A DNA stretch of 63,820 nt, the filler included, from Octopus bimaculoides (taxonomy: Eukaryota): the NCBI RefSeq assembly GCF_001194135.2. It is 5 parts of 5 records of this genome, joined end to end, with 100 filler letters (N's around TTAATTAATTAA, not from the genome) between each part and the next. Parts side by side here need not be neighbours in the genome. Positions count along the whole stretch, not along the records: positions 1 to 22,150 come from NC_068987.1; 4 more parts are not named here. One strand, given 5' to 3'. How positions within the stretch are numbered: the first letter of the stretch is position 1; each line of letters begins with the position of its first letter. Positions 1-12,814 of the stretch are shown here, piece by piece. Below the pieces are notes generated by a model that saw only the letters and a program-made list of their open reading frames with translations, was not told the DNA's origin and ran no database searches. Both the position numbers and the translations under genes were made by a program.

Positions 1-370
1 CCCTAACCCTTAATAAAATATGGGAAAAGCTGGAGATAAATGTTTTGAAAACATTCTGAACTATCTTTCAGAATGGTTTACTTTTCAATGAAATATCATT
101 TTGTTATTTTTCATGTTTTTATTCAATTTATCTGCAATTTTCTTCTTGTATTAGATGGATAACCCACCCTCCATTTACAGCAAGTAGCGTGCGTCTCATT
201 TTTTACCTGTGTGCTAAATTCGACTACTTACGACTAACGCAGGCGCAGGCGCAAATTTGTGACATGCACACTCCCAGAACTCGGATCCACACTTCTCCAG
301 TAATGCCAAATTTTGAAACTGAGTTTGCACCCCCTAAGCAAATTTTGTTCCCGGGCCACTGGCTACCCTA

Positions 371-582
371 ATGATTCTGTTGTTTTCGTGCTGGAAAACT
401 TGGGCAAAATAGTAACTCGCCTTTATTCTCTGCTGCAGATATAGCTTCAATATCACCATGCTTACTGTTTAGCTGAGAGTTCAGAAGACTATAGTTTTTA
501 CAACTGAGATATTCATTCATTGTTCTCTCATTGATAAGTTCATCATGACCGACATTCTCATCCTGCCCAAGATACTTTTAGG
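371..582 (-). mobile_element. Dong/R4-clade non-LTR retrotransposon RT fragment
   Basis: Minus frame KYLGQDENVGHDELINERTMNEYL...LNSQLNSKHGDIEAI resembles the post-YxDD KYLG region of R4/Dong RTs; recognised by eye. Confidence 0.55.
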
Positions 583-589
583 GTTTAGC

Positions 590-2487
590 AGAGAGTAAGG
601 CTGTAGATAATGAAATTGTTAATGAAATGCTGCAAAAGGAGAATGTGACAGAAATGAAGGATGATCCAACCATTGATGAGATAAGGTCAACTATCAAAGA
701 GATAAAAATAAGAATAGCTCCAGGTTTGGATGGAATACCTGTAGAGCTGATTCGTTTTTGTGGAATGAATTCTACTATGGCCATTCATGGGCTACTATTA
801 TCTGTATGGCATGGCAAGTCTGTCCGGCAAGATTGGGTAAATGCAATTATGTTTTATCATTTACAACCGCAAGCGCATCAAGTGTGAGCACGCTGATTGT
901 TGTGGTATAAGTCTACTCAAATCGATTTTTCTGAAACGTCTAACAAAATGGATTTGCCCAGGTGCCATACTTGAGATCCAGCGAAGATTTAGAATTTGGC
1001 GGGGTAGTATGGATGTAATTTTCTCATTCTGCCAACTAATGGAGAAGTTTGTTGAGTAACGAATGCTGCGGTATAAAGTATTTGTGGAACTTACTAAGAC
1101 CTTCGATACCGTTAATCGTAGTGCATTGTAGGTCGTGTTGGGGAAGTTTGAATGCTTTCCTGAATTTGTTGGAATATTCAAAAAGCTTCATCAAAACATG
1201 AAGGCAAAAGTGTACTTCAATGGGACACTTTCAGTACCAATTCCAATGAAAAATGTTTCCCATATACTTTGCGAGATTCTTATGTATACCTTCCAAGACT
1301 TTGAATTCGGTGTGAATATATGACTTTGAACCTTGGGCAAAGATTTTAATCTAAGATATTTCACCAAAAAACATTTGGCACTCTTGTAAGTGAGTTTCTT
1401 TATGCTGATGATATAGATTTTATGGCTCATCCAGTGAAATATTGATAATATTAGACATCTTCTCCAATGCATACACTGCATTTGGTCTAAATATTAGCAT
1501 AAAAAAGAGAAAGGTCATGCACACTCCATCACACGGGGAAGTCTATGTGGAGCCTGACATTTTCGTGGGAGGTAAAAGACATTTCTGTGTATCTTAGAAG
1601 AACGCTTAGAGATGTTACCCTTGACACTGAAAGAAATCCTAATAATGCAGAAGCTAGTACTGCTTTCGGAAAACTCGAGAATCGAGGCAGATATCACGAG
1701 AGACACAAAGTTGGCCGTGTATGAAGCCTGTGTTCTTACAACCCTGCTATACAGATAAGAAACGTGAACAACATACGAGCATAAGATCAAGTGATTGGAA
1801 AGGTTTCATCAGCATTATATCCGGCACATACTGATTTTCTTGTACTTGAGAAAGCCGGCAGCACCAGTTCCGAAGAAAGGATAATTTGAACGAGATATGT
1901 TGGGCTGGTCATGCTTTCAGGATGGAAGAGGGAAGACTGCTCAAACAGACATTTTATGGGAAGCTGACCAGACGGAAAAAACCTCAGCACAAACCTAGAA
2001 AGCGGTTTAAAGATGTCATAAAAGGCAATTTAAAAATTCTGGAGATAAACCTGGACATCTGGGAGACACTGGCTGAAAGCTGTACACTGTGGAGAGAGAC
2101 TATCAAGTATAGATGTAACGTCTTTGAGCAAAAGCGAATGGAACATGCTGCTTTGAAGCGTTCGCTCGTAATCGGGACCAAAGTGCGGTAATTGCAGAAA
2201 CCCAACAGAAAACGAGGTTCAATGTGTGTGGCAAAATTCTTCTCTCAAGAGCTGGGTTTGTCAGCTATCTAAAGTTACATGAGCCAGGGAGAAATTGAGG
2301 TACTTGTGAGATGGTTCTACGGCTACGCACACCCTGCTACTCCTATATTTGTACTAGAAAGAGAAATAAATGTCAAATCTGCGAACGTTTCTACAAAATG
2401 AAAGTAGGGCTGAAAAGCCACCTGCGTGCATATGACCGTACATTGTCCAATCAGGGATCACTCTTCTGACAAAAAGTAGCAACCAGC
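590..2487 (+). mobile_element. RTE (BovB-like) LINE, degenerate RT and 3' end
   Basis: PTIDEIRSTIKEIK..APGLDGIPVE, VFVELTKTFDTVNR, YADD at 1401-1412, WAGHAFRMEEGRLLKQTFYGKL, KRFKDVIK, two C-terminal zinc-finger-like motifs; many stops and frameshifts; followed by (TATG)n. Confidence 0.9.
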
Positions 2488-2584
2488 ATGTATGTATGTA
2501 TGCATGTATGTACGTATGTATGTATGTTTATAAGAGTGCATGTATTTGTGTATGTATTCATGTATGTATACATTTATAATGTTT

Positions 2585-3130
2585 GGAATCATTTCTTTGC
2601 CCAGTTCTAGCAACAAGTTTCCAAAGTGGTTTAGCCATTGAAATGCAGTAAAATCATTGTTGTTCAAACAGTCGAGCTTTCTCATATTTATCTGGATATG
2701 AAAAATTAGCATTGACTCTAAATGGACGACATTTTAGTGCATGCATCAATTACTGAAAATCGTTGAGAGCTACAAACTACTGGGAAAATTTGCCGAAAAA
2801 TCTTCGCTAAGGTCTTATAATTTCTCTTCACGGAGTTGCTCGTTGTTAATTACATCTTAAAACGTGGATTCAAAGCTTCGAGATGTCGATGACACCCAGG
2901 AGATTTGTCCTGCATCTGAACATCACGTAGAAGGTGACTGGTTACATCATGAGGAATTATATGATATTATATAGAATTAACCATAATGACAAACTGGAAA
3001 TCAGAATAGACAGTCCTGAGCTTCAGTAGATATTCCACAATACTTGATAAAGCTGTAGCAATTGCAATTTAACCATTTTTGTGAACAGCAGAAAAGTTTT
3101 GCCTATTCCTCCTGAAGCACCAACAAATAT
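2585..3130 (-). mobile_element. Helitron RepHel PIF1-type helicase remnant
   Basis: Minus strand ASGGIGKTFL (Walker A, 3089-3118), IAIATALSSIV..RTVYS, DF/RQIFPVV (1-nt frameshift), INMR..FGNLLLELG, in helitron helicase motif order. Confidence 0.75.
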
Positions 3131-3190
3131 TAATATCCGTATTTGTGAATATACTTGCTTTAAAAGAAACGTATAAATAAGTATAGACAT

Positions 3191-3811
3191 GGCGTAGGAG
3201 TGGCTGTGTGGTAAGTAGCCTGCTTACCAACCACATGGTTCCGGGTTCAGTCCCACTGCGTGGCACCTTGGGCAAGTGTCTTCTACTATAGCCTCGGGCC
3301 GACCAAAGCCTTGTGAGTGGATTTGGTAGATGGAAACTGAAAGAAGCTCGTCGTATATATATATATATATATATNNNNNNNNNNNNNNNNNNNNNNNNNN
3401 NNNNNNNNNNNNNNNNNNNNNNNNNNNNNNNNNNNNNNNNNNNNNNNNNNNNNNNNNNNNNNNNNNNNNNNNNNNNNNNNNNNNNNNNNNNNNNNNNNNN
3501 NGTATGTATGTCATTATTCAGTTTATTTCAAGATTTTTGCTTGTATGTATATATATATATATATATATGTATGGATGTATGTATGTGTGTGTATATGTTT
3601 GTGTGTCTGTGTTTGTCCCCCCAACATCGCTTGACAACCGATGCTAGTGTGTTTACGTCCCAGTAACTTAGCGGTTCGGCTAAAGAGCCCGATAAAATAA
3701 GTACTAGGCTTACAAAGAATAAGTCCTGGGGTCGATTAGTTCGACTAAAAGGCGGTGCTCCAGCATGGCCACAGTCAAATGACTGAAACAAGTAAAAGAG
3801 TAAAAAGAGAG
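3191..3811 (+). mobile_element. tRNA-derived SINE family A (central microsatellite), full length
   Basis: A box TGGCTGTGTGG, B box GGTTCAGTCCC, (TA)n/(TG)n core with N gap, tail ..GGTGCTCCAGCATGGCCACAGTCAAATGACTGAAAC(AAGTAAAAG); about 10 copies in the window. Confidence 0.9.
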
Positions 3812-4374
3812 TATGGGAAATTAAATACGTACTGAGTACAAAATACAACACACCTGTNNNNNNNNNNNNNNNNNNNNNNNNNNNNNNNNNNNNNNNNNNN
3901 NNNNNNNNNNNNNNNNNNNNNNNNNNNNNNNNNNNNNNNNNNNNNNNNNNNNNNNNNNNNNNNNNNNNNNNNNNNNNNNNNNNNNNNNNNNNNNNNNNNN
4001 NNNNNNNNNNNNNNNNNNNNNNNNNNNNNNNNNNNNNNNNNNNNNNNNNNNNNNNNNNNNNNNNNNNNNNNNNNNNNNNNNNNNNNNNNNNNNNNNNNNN
4101 NNNNNNNNNNNNNNNNNNNNNNNNNNNNNNNNNNNNNNNNNNNNNNNNNNNNNNNNNNNNNNNNNNNNNNNNNNNNNNNNNNNNNNNNNNNNATATGTTT
4201 CAGTCCAATGACTGTGGCCATGCTGGAGCACCGTCAATATGTTTTTATTATTTTTTTTCTATTGAATATGAATTAGGTCACATTATATAAAATATGCATA
4301 ATTTTATATATAATCAGGTTATATAAAAAGTGAGATACTGCCTCTGAGAAATTTTTTTTTTTTATTGAATATGA

Positions 4375-6200
4375 ATTAGTCATAGCAACAAGATCTTGAA
4401 TGCATGGTTGAATGTCAGAGCGTGCACAACGTAAGTCTCTTTCAACATTCAGCCTGTTTATGTACTTGGTCTTGACAGCAACGTGCGTGGTAAAATATAG
4501 CTTCACAAAAAAAACCCCCAAAAAAACCTGGATCTAAAAATAACTAAAATCCAAAGAGCCTGATGTAAGATTAGAGGACAAACAGGAAGGTACTTGATCC
4601 AGAACGTCTCAAGATCCAGTTATTTGAAATCTTCCTTAGCTGGGGAGTTGAACTTGAGCTCAAGAAACTCATGTTGCGCTTCACCCAAAACATCAGTCAC
4701 TTTGCACTGAAATGGGTTCCTGATGAATTTCCAAGCTTCACGCTTTTCATCTATATCTGGGAATTATCTGATGAATTCTGTTTTCATGTCAGTTAGATGA
4801 GTGATTATTTGTTTAACTTAGAATCAAGGTTAAGGTGAATGAGAGCAGGATCTTAGTAACTAAAATTGACTGTATTTCTCTGTATTTCTCTGTATTTCTC
4901 TGTATTTCTCTGTATTTCTCTGTATTTCTCTGTATTTCTCTGCTGAATTTGACTTTTCCAGAGGTCGAGTTTATCCACGAAGGTCCGAATGGTGTCGTGG
5001 TGCGTGAGAATATTGATGTTTTTCCCTTGTAATTAAGGTCAGAGCATTCAGCACTTCAAAGAAGTCCACCAGGTAAGCTAGAGATAGCTGAAAGCCTTCA
5101 GACTGGAGTTTGTCATGCAGATCTGCCTTCTATTGCAAATATAGAAATATTGCTACTTCTTCTCGTAGTTCATAAAGCCGTCCAAGCATGTTCCCTTTTG
5201 ATAGCCATCATGCATTCGTGTGAAAAAGCAATGCTTCATGTTCAGATTCCATATCTTTACACAACAGTTTGAAAAACGTCTGTTTAAGGCTCCACCTTTA
5301 ACAAAGTTGACAACCTTGTAGCTACTTTCAGGACAGTTCTCATTTCAGTAAGGTTCTAGACGTTAAGGCTTCACAATGAAGTATGTAGTGTGTACCTACA
5401 ACAGATAGATTTTTTCTTTCACCCTAATAATGGATATAGACTGCAGACCAAGCATGGCTGGAGCTCCAACAGTGCACACCCCTACCAGCAAATCCCAAGA
5501 AAGTTGGTTTTCCTGAAAGAAGTTTGATACATCACGAAAAATAGCTGCTGCTGTTGTACAACTATCCATAGGATGACAAAACTACATTTCCTCTTTTACA
5601 CAGTTTCCTGACACAAAAAGAATATATAGTAGTCGCTGAGAACACTGAGCGATGCCAGTCGTTTCGTCACATTGGATGGTAAAAACAAGAGAATCTCTTA
5701 CTTGGTCAAGAATTTGACATTTGGTGTCTTGAGACAAGTCGTCGATCCTTCCTTTGACTGTATCGTTTAACAATGAAATCTGGGGAACCTTGTTTGCACT
5801 ATATTTCCCCAAAACGAGTTCTGCTGCATGGAGTAGACTTGGTTTTATGAGAGACTCTCCGATGTTATGGTTTTTCTTGCTCTTAGCAATCATCATGACG
5901 ATCTCATAGGAAGCCTCAGCAATCATTGAAATTTGTTGCCGAAATGCCCCACTACCGTCCAACTTAGCTTGCTTCAAGGAATGTCATTTTGCTTCAAAGA
6001 ACGCCTTGGACTTGTCTGCAAGAGCAGGATGTGTTGTATTCAAGTGGCGTTCCAAGCGTGAGGGTCGCATTCCATCATTGCTCAAAGTTTTGTAACATAT
6101 CACACACTGGTGGACTTTTGTGCCATCCTTTTGGAGGGACCAGAATTTAAATCGAGTATATTCGTCAAGATACTTCCGTTTCTTTGCACTCCATTCGAAT
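4375..6200 (-). pseudogene. hAT Buster/Charlie-type transposase remnant (ZBED8/SCAND3-like)
   Basis: KKRKY..CVICYKTLSNDGMRPSRLERHLNTTH (BED finger), CDETT (~5657-5671), WLSKG (~5193-5207), C-terminal KTKYINRLNVERDLRCA dimerisation region; multiple stops and frameshifts. Confidence 0.9.
4871..4940. repeat. Perfect (TGTATTTCTC)x7 decamer tandem inside the transposase
   Basis: Seven exact 10-bp units read directly. Confidence 0.95.
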
Positions 6201-6527
6201 TATTTGATGTGCAGTGTGCAACACAAATATGTGAACAAAAGATAAGGCACCTGTAAGGTAATGTCAAGACCTAAGTCAGAACGTGTGGAGGAAAAAGTTC
6301 TGAAGAAAAATTAAAACAAAATATTTAGAATTAAAGTTAAATTAAAAGAAAAGTTATACGAAAAATTTGTACAATAAAATATTGTATTTATTTGTACGAA
6401 AATATAGAAAAAAGGTTTCTTTAAAAAAAGAAAAGATTTTGCATAACTTTTACTTTTACCGAGTATTTTCTGTAATATTTAGATCTGAGTTTTAGTTTAA
6501 CATTTGGTATTATATTTAATATTTTTC

Positions 6528-6915
6528 GAGTGGCTGTGTGATAAGTAGCTTGCTTACCAGCCACATGGTTCCAGGTTCAGTCCCACTGCGTGGCGCTTTC
6601 GGCAAGTGTCATCTACTATAGTCTCGGGCCGACCAAAGCCTTATGAGCGGATTTGGTAGAAACTGAAAGAAGCACGTCGTATATATGTATATATATTTGT
6701 GTGTGTGTGTGTGTGTGTGTGTCCCCACCAACATCGCTTGACAACCGATGCTGGTGCGTTTACATCCCCGTAACTTAGCGGTTCGGCAAAAGTGACCGAT
6801 AGAATAAGTATTAGGCTTACAAAGAATAAGTCCTGGGGTCGATTTGCTCTCGACTAAAGGTGGTGCTCCAGCATGGCCACAGTCAAATGACTGAAGCAAG
6901 TAAAAGAAAAAAGAG
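6528..6915 (+). mobile_element. SINE family A
   Basis: Same head, (TA)/(TG) core and tail as 3191-3811. Confidence 0.9.
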
Positions 6916-7759
6916 AATTTATTTTAAACATAAACATTTAATATTTTATTAAAATCTTTTATTTTTCCAGTTTGTGCTTTAAGTTTTTTGAGACTTTATT
7001 AAACTGAGCAATAGTCGAACCTATTACATACATTTTGCTTTATTTCCTATTTTTAAATATATCATACTTTTCATCTTGCTAAAATTTTAAAATAGTTTTC
7101 AATTCTTAAAATTAAGTTAATATTTCTTAGTATATTACTATAATGATTTGATAATGTTTCAGCATGTCTCTTGATTTTTAAGAATCACATTATTTCTTAT
7201 ATATGAAAACTGAGGATCAAAATTGGTTATAATCTATTAACTGAAAAAGATGTTTGTATTTACACGATAATAATATCTAAGCATTATACCAGTGGTTCTT
7301 AACCCGAGTCTTCTAAAAAAAAAAAAAAAAAAATTACAAAATAAAGGTAAATGCTAAAACTACAATTCAGAATTAGTGAGGGTTTTGAGCGATATGAAGT
7401 GGGATCGATAAGTACAGAAAATGGTAAGCGGCGCTAAAATAGTAGAATAGAAAACTAAAGATATAACGTAAAACTTTTGCATTTTTTCATAAACTTCTCA
7501 TTATTTGACCATGCTCTCGTTAAGAGAATAATAAATATAATTAGAGAAATTCCTGCTTTTTCTCAAGGGCCCGCTCCCCGCCCACTTGCAGATTACTGAT
7601 GCCACCCTAGGGAGCGCGCCACTGTCCTAGAGGAAAGCTTCCTTCTTTCATTCAAGGTGGAAATCTGAATGTAACTCGGAACTGTTTAAAATCTGGGTGG
7701 GGCTGTACACGGTCGTAGAGCAACAGCTAGCATATAGTATTACACAAACTTACAGGAAT

Positions 7760-9120
7760 GCTATCTTTCAGACCTATAATAATATTAACAACGAGACCTA
7801 GGTGATTTCTTTTAAGGTTAGATATTGATGATGGTGTAGAAGCTTGAGAAAAGAAGCATGCCATTATAACAATTAACAACCATAAACCAAATTTGCCTCC
7901 TACTCTAAATGTCAGTTGATTAACCGAACAAAGTCGGAGATTAGCTTGGTAAGCAAACACATGACAGAATGACATGTGTCAACTACGTATGAGAGCGTCT
8001 AGTTCTCCCCTAAGGCGTAACACTATTCCTTGGTTGAGCAAGACTCACCCAATTCGATATTGTGGATTTTTATCCATCTGTATTGGGACGTTGTTATAGA
8101 GGATACTTATTGTAGCTAAGGGCTACGCTGAAACTAGCAATGGGGACAGACACCCTCATATCCACCAGGGAAACCTGACTATTTGACAAGGATTCGATCT
8201 GGGTTAGGTAGACTGGCCCAGAAGACTCCTTCGATGTGGCGAGGGGAGCATTTGAGAGTGCTGATTTATGCAATTATCTATGTCTTTTTATTCTAGATAT
8301 GTTTTGTGAGAAATTTCACTCAAGTCTACTTAACTATATAGTTAAGTCCATTTAGCCTATATAGGGGCGATGCTTTGCCATTACCGAGAGGGCTGAACGG
8401 CCACACACTCGATTGGCTCAGGAATGACTTAACACATGCTTGTAATTTTCTTTGATTCAAAGTCACAATAGAGACCAACTTGAAAGTAATTGATTACTTG
8501 GAAGTTACATTTAATCTAGATCATTCCGGAACATAAACCATTCCAAAACCTAAATGTAAAGCTGATGCATATTAACACAGTTTCCTGTCATCCATCCATA
8601 GTTTCCTAAAACCTGTTGAAGGGGGTCAACAGAAAAATCTCTTACCTACTTTCAAAGGTCTTCGACATGGTGCCGCCGTACTCAAGCTAGGCCATGGCTA
8701 CTAATAGTTTAAAAAATACGATTAGTTATATACCCGGCCCTAAACCTACCATGGGAAAAACGCTATTGTAAGGCATTTAGTTCACGTTCCCATTTTATCT
8801 TAATTTAAAATCTTGTGTAGTTAGGCTCTTACATAGATAAACATTTTTCGAGCTCACATACTCGATGATACAGGAAAAACTTTTTATAGGCATGTTAGTA
8901 AATAAGCCCAAATCTAGCACAGAAGCAGTTACTCATACCGTGGTAATGCTATATGCCCACTAAATGGTCCAATGTAATACAAAAACTGTTGTATGAAACA
9001 GAAGTAGGCTCGAAAGATCTCAATGGTCGGGTACATTCTAAGTTTATTGGCTGGCTTCATTATTTTACTTAGCAATCTTAAAGAGCTTTACTCTTAGACC
9101 TAACCTGCTATATTGCCTTC
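7760..9120 (+). mobile_element. Penelope-like element (RT plus GIY-YIG region), degenerate
   Basis: HAIITINNHKPN..INRTKSEIS, FDIVDFYPS (8053-8079), FDVARGAFESADLC (8230), IETNLKVIDYLEVTFNL (8468), CPLNG (8954). Confidence 0.75.
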
Positions 9121-9633
9121 AAAAATTTGACATATTGTTTTCTTCTACTGAGGTAAAATATGCACACACGCACACACACACACACACACACGCTGTCACA
9201 CACACACACACACAAACACACACGCAATCCTCTCCAATAATTATGCTCATAAAAGTAAACGATTTTAAAAATACCTGTAAATACATATATGTTCATAAAA
9301 AGGACTTTTAAATATATTTATGAAGACTGATAAGTATGCTCTTACACCGATATAATGATGCCTGTCTCTATTTTCGAATAGCTATCGAGTATTTCGGAAG
9401 TAATGTTTAAAACCTATTATCCTACTGTCCTATAAAAATGACAATAAATGAAAGCATTGAATAAGCTATACGCTCGTATTTTTAATATTCTTTATGTGAT
9501 ATTTAGATATATTAAAAAATTCCTTTCATAGTTTTATGAGCTAAAATTTATGAAAGTTGTCCTCAATCACTATTGTATTTTATTTATTTCATAGTTTTAA
9601 TTTCGAACATTATATGAAACGTTATACAAACAA

Positions 9634-10595
9634 GAACCAGTGAAAGACGTTACAAGCTTCACATATCTAGGAAGCACAGTGACAAGCAATGGTGATGCAG
9701 AGACATATGTAATCTGCAGAATTGGCAAGGCAGCGGCAGTATTTAGAAGATTGACAACACTTTAGTATAGCAATAATATAAGTATAGAGCTGAAGATTCA
9801 TCTGTACAAAACTGCAATACTGCCAATAGCGATCTATGCAACTGAGACCTAGAAGTTGACAACAAAAATCGCCCAATAACTCGACGTATTTTATCAGCGG
9901 TGCCTCATAAATATCCTAAGAATTACTTATCGAGACAGAGTGACAAATGAAGCCATTCTCCAAGCAATGGGAGTAATGCCCCTGCATGCCATTGTAACCG
10001 AACGACGAATGAGAATGGCTGGAGACATACTAGTCTTTTTTTAGTGGCACTCCGTCGCTTACGACGTCGAGGGTTCCAGTTGATCCCATCAACGGAACAG
10101 CCTGCTCGTGAAATGAACGTGCAAGTGGCTGAGCATTCCGCAGACACGTGTACCCTTAACGTAGTTCTCGGGGACACTCAGCGTGACACAGTGTGACAAG
10201 GTTGACCCTTTGAATTACAGGCACAACAGAAACAGGAAGTAAGAGTGAGAGAAAGTTGTGGTGAAAGAGTACAGCAGGGTTCGCCACCATCCCCTGCCGG
10301 AGCCTCGTGGAGCTTTAGGTGTTTTCGCTCAATAAACACTCACAACGCCCAGTCTGGGAATCGAAACCGCGATCCTATGACCGCGAGTCCTCTGCCCTAA
10401 ACCACTGGGCCATTGCGCCTCCACTGGAGACATACTAAGACTGCCAGAAAAGAGGCTTGCCAAAACAGCCATAGGTTGGACGCCGCTGGAAGATAAGAGA
10501 AAAAGAGACTGGCCAAAGAAGACATGGCGTAGTACCTTCAAAGAAGACCTGCGTAGACTGATCATAACTTGTGGTGAAGCACACCTGTTGGCCTA
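9634..10595 (+). mobile_element. RTE-clade LINE RT 3' fragment split by a SINE
   Basis: VTSFTYLGSTVTSNGD..RIGKAAAVF..LYKTAILPIAIYATET..RMRMAGDIL, resuming after the insert as GDILRLPEKRLAKTAIGWTP..KKTWRSTFKEDL. Confidence 0.85.
10033..10423 (-). mobile_element. tRNA-derived SINE family C, full length with 14-bp TSD
   Basis: A box TGGCCCAGTGG, B-box-like GGTTTCGATTCCC, A-rich tail; direct repeat CTGGAGACATACTA at 10019-10032 and 10424-10437. Confidence 0.9.
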
Positions 10596-10861
10596 TATTG
10601 AACAAAACAACAATAGCATCATTATTTTTTTTTTACTTGTTTTGCAAGATTTTACAAACGAGTAAATTTGTGTACTGAAACTGAAATTGTTGCATTTTAG
10701 GAGGGTCAAACTAACAATGAAAATAGACAGACCAGAACCGTCTGAGTAGCATTATAAGCTCCGAGGCAAATTGATGCATTAGGCCCTATAGTATGTGTTG
10801 GCAACAAGGCACAACATGACATAGGTCTGAATTGGGCTTCTAAGCCAGTGAGGTCGCTGGG

Positions 10862-10866
<5 letters not shown>

Positions 10867-10924
<58 letters not shown>

Positions 10925-11171
10925 TCTTTCTCTTTCTCTCTTTCTCTTTCTCTCTTTCTCTTTCTCTCTCTATCCCTTCCCCCTCTCTCTCTCTCTTTCT
11001 CTTTTTCTCTGTCTCTCTCTATCCCTTCCTCTCTCTCTCTATCTCCTCTCTCTCTCTCCCCCCTCTCTCTCTCCTCTCTCTTTATCGCTCGCTTGCTCCC
11101 TTCCTCCCTCCCCCTCTCTATCTCCTCTCTCTTTATCGCTCGCTCCCTTCTTCGCTCCTCTCTCTCCTTTT

Positions 11172-11219
<48 letters not shown>

Positions 11220-11447
11220 AGTAACTCTCTCTCTTTTTCTCTGTTACTCAATCTCTCCCTCTCAACCACCCTCTCACCCTCTCTCTTTCCTTCTAGCTCG
11301 CTTTCTTTCTTTCTTTCTCTGTCGCTCATTCCCTCTCCCCTCCCTCTTCTCTCTCTTTCACTCTTTCTCTGCTGCTCTCTCCCCCCCTCCCCCTCTCTCT
11401 CCCTCCCTATTTTTCTTTTCTCTCCCTCTCCGTCTCTCTTCATACTC
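10867..11447. repeat. ~580-bp (CT)n/(CTTT)n polypyrimidine low-complexity tract
   Basis: Read directly; source of the SL and ER pseudo-ORFs. Confidence 0.95.
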
Positions 11448-12189
11448 TAACCAACTAGCTATATCAGCCCACGGCACATTAAACACTCACTCTTTGTATC
11501 TCTGTGCTAACATACTCGAGTACACACGCACACTTATTTGCTATCTCTTACATACACGCATGTTATTTCATACCTTGCCATGTCACATCTTGTTTACTAC
11601 TTTTATTTCTTTCTAAATTATGCTGCAAATATTTTACAATGAAGCGGCCAATATCAACTCTACTTAGATCATTCTAACAACATTATCGATATCGATCAAC
11701 TGTGGTCGATTTAGTCAACTGAACAGAATTTGTTAAATTAAACACACAGTGTCTGTTTATTATCTTATTCGTTTAAAGTATACAATTAACTGACTTTGTA
11801 ATATTCCTATTAAATACACTTTAATGATCTGAATAATAGTTTTCTCGCTTCGCATATTTATGTCCTGTTTGTCATTTAATATTACTTTCATAAGTACTGT
11901 GATGAGAAGTGGGTGGGAGATCTATGTTTCACAGATGAGTTCAGAATAAAAGAGAAATATCTCCGAGATCGTCTGCAATACCTATCAGAATGTTAACAAA
12001 CAATAGACTAAGAAAACTTGTTCTATAAATTTTTTGTCATAGCAAATATATTTCTTGCATACATCTTTTGATATGCAGTAGTGCTCACTGCTCTCTATCA
12101 GACGATGCAGTTAATAGAAGTTCCACTTCAGCAATATTTAGATGACTTGTGAATGAGAGGGATAACATCTACGAGGAAACTCAAGGCGT

Positions 12190-12775
12190 CGACGAAGATA
12201 AACTGGATGGTCTGTTCGAGTAGACTTTCGGACTGGAGCGACAGAACCGAAATTGATGCACACAAGCACTAGCATAGCTAGGAGAGGGGCGGTAGGGGTA
12301 GTCCACCCCGGGCGGCACTTTTAAAGGTGTACCACTTTTGGGTCTGTAGGAAATATGTGTCTTTTGTGGCTTCTGGGGACGGCAAACGGAAGAGCCGCCC
12401 CGGGCGGCACACACTCTGGTTATGCCAGTGCACACAAGCAGTGTCCAAGCTCGGCTAACTTGTGGAGTTATGTCAAACTGGTTGTTGTCACCTGTAGGGT
12501 GGACCCGGCTATCGATCGGGTAATTTGTGAAGATCGATCCTCCAACCTGATTCGATAGGGTTGAGCTTGCAGTTTTCCACTGTGTGGTGGCCAAGGCGAA
12601 AGAGACTGTGTACTGGCTGAGGTTGAAAGGATTAAAGACAAACAGTCTCTCTCAATAGCCTTTTTCAAGTTCTATTTGAAAAGCAAAGTGAGGGTGGAGA
12701 GGGAAGTACTCTTCTACAATGAATTTGTCAAAAGCTGGATTACTGTGGAGAAAATGGTCTAAAGTAGATAGGAGA
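12190..12775 (+). mobile_element. Tx1/L1-clade LINE 3' end (zf-RVT region) split by a MITE
   Basis: Removing the MITE gives EIDAHKQCPSSANLWSYV, then FFKFYLKSKVRVEREVLFYNEFVKSW; clade assignment from remembered motif pattern. Confidence 0.6.
12267..12430. mobile_element. 164-bp hAT-type MITE with 8-bp TSD
   Basis: Imperfect TIRs CACTAGCATAGCTAG / revcomp CACTGGCATAACCAG; TSD CACACAAG at 12259-12266 and 12431-12438; internal CCCCGGGCGGCAC twice. Confidence 0.8.
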
Positions 12776-12814
12776 ACCTAGGGCGGGAGAGGACTCGTGT
12801 CCTTGATGATTACA

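Noticed and set aside
1-10. CCCTAACCCT telomere-like start
   Set aside because: Fewer than two units; the same motif occurs internally near 32140.
3191-3270. tRNA gene
   Set aside because: A and B boxes only, without a cloverleaf; multicopy SINE head.
7289-7440. CAGTGGTTCTTAACC hAT-Charlie TIR as the end of the Buster element
   Set aside because: Wrong orientation for that element; no matching second TIR or TSD.
9330-9395. CGAA-TAGCTA-TC hammerhead-like half downstream of the Penelope RT
   Set aside because: No intact CTGANGA positioned with pairing stems.
10848-11450. 200-aa SL-rich and 134-aa ER-rich ORFs
   Set aside because: Translations of a CT microsatellite.
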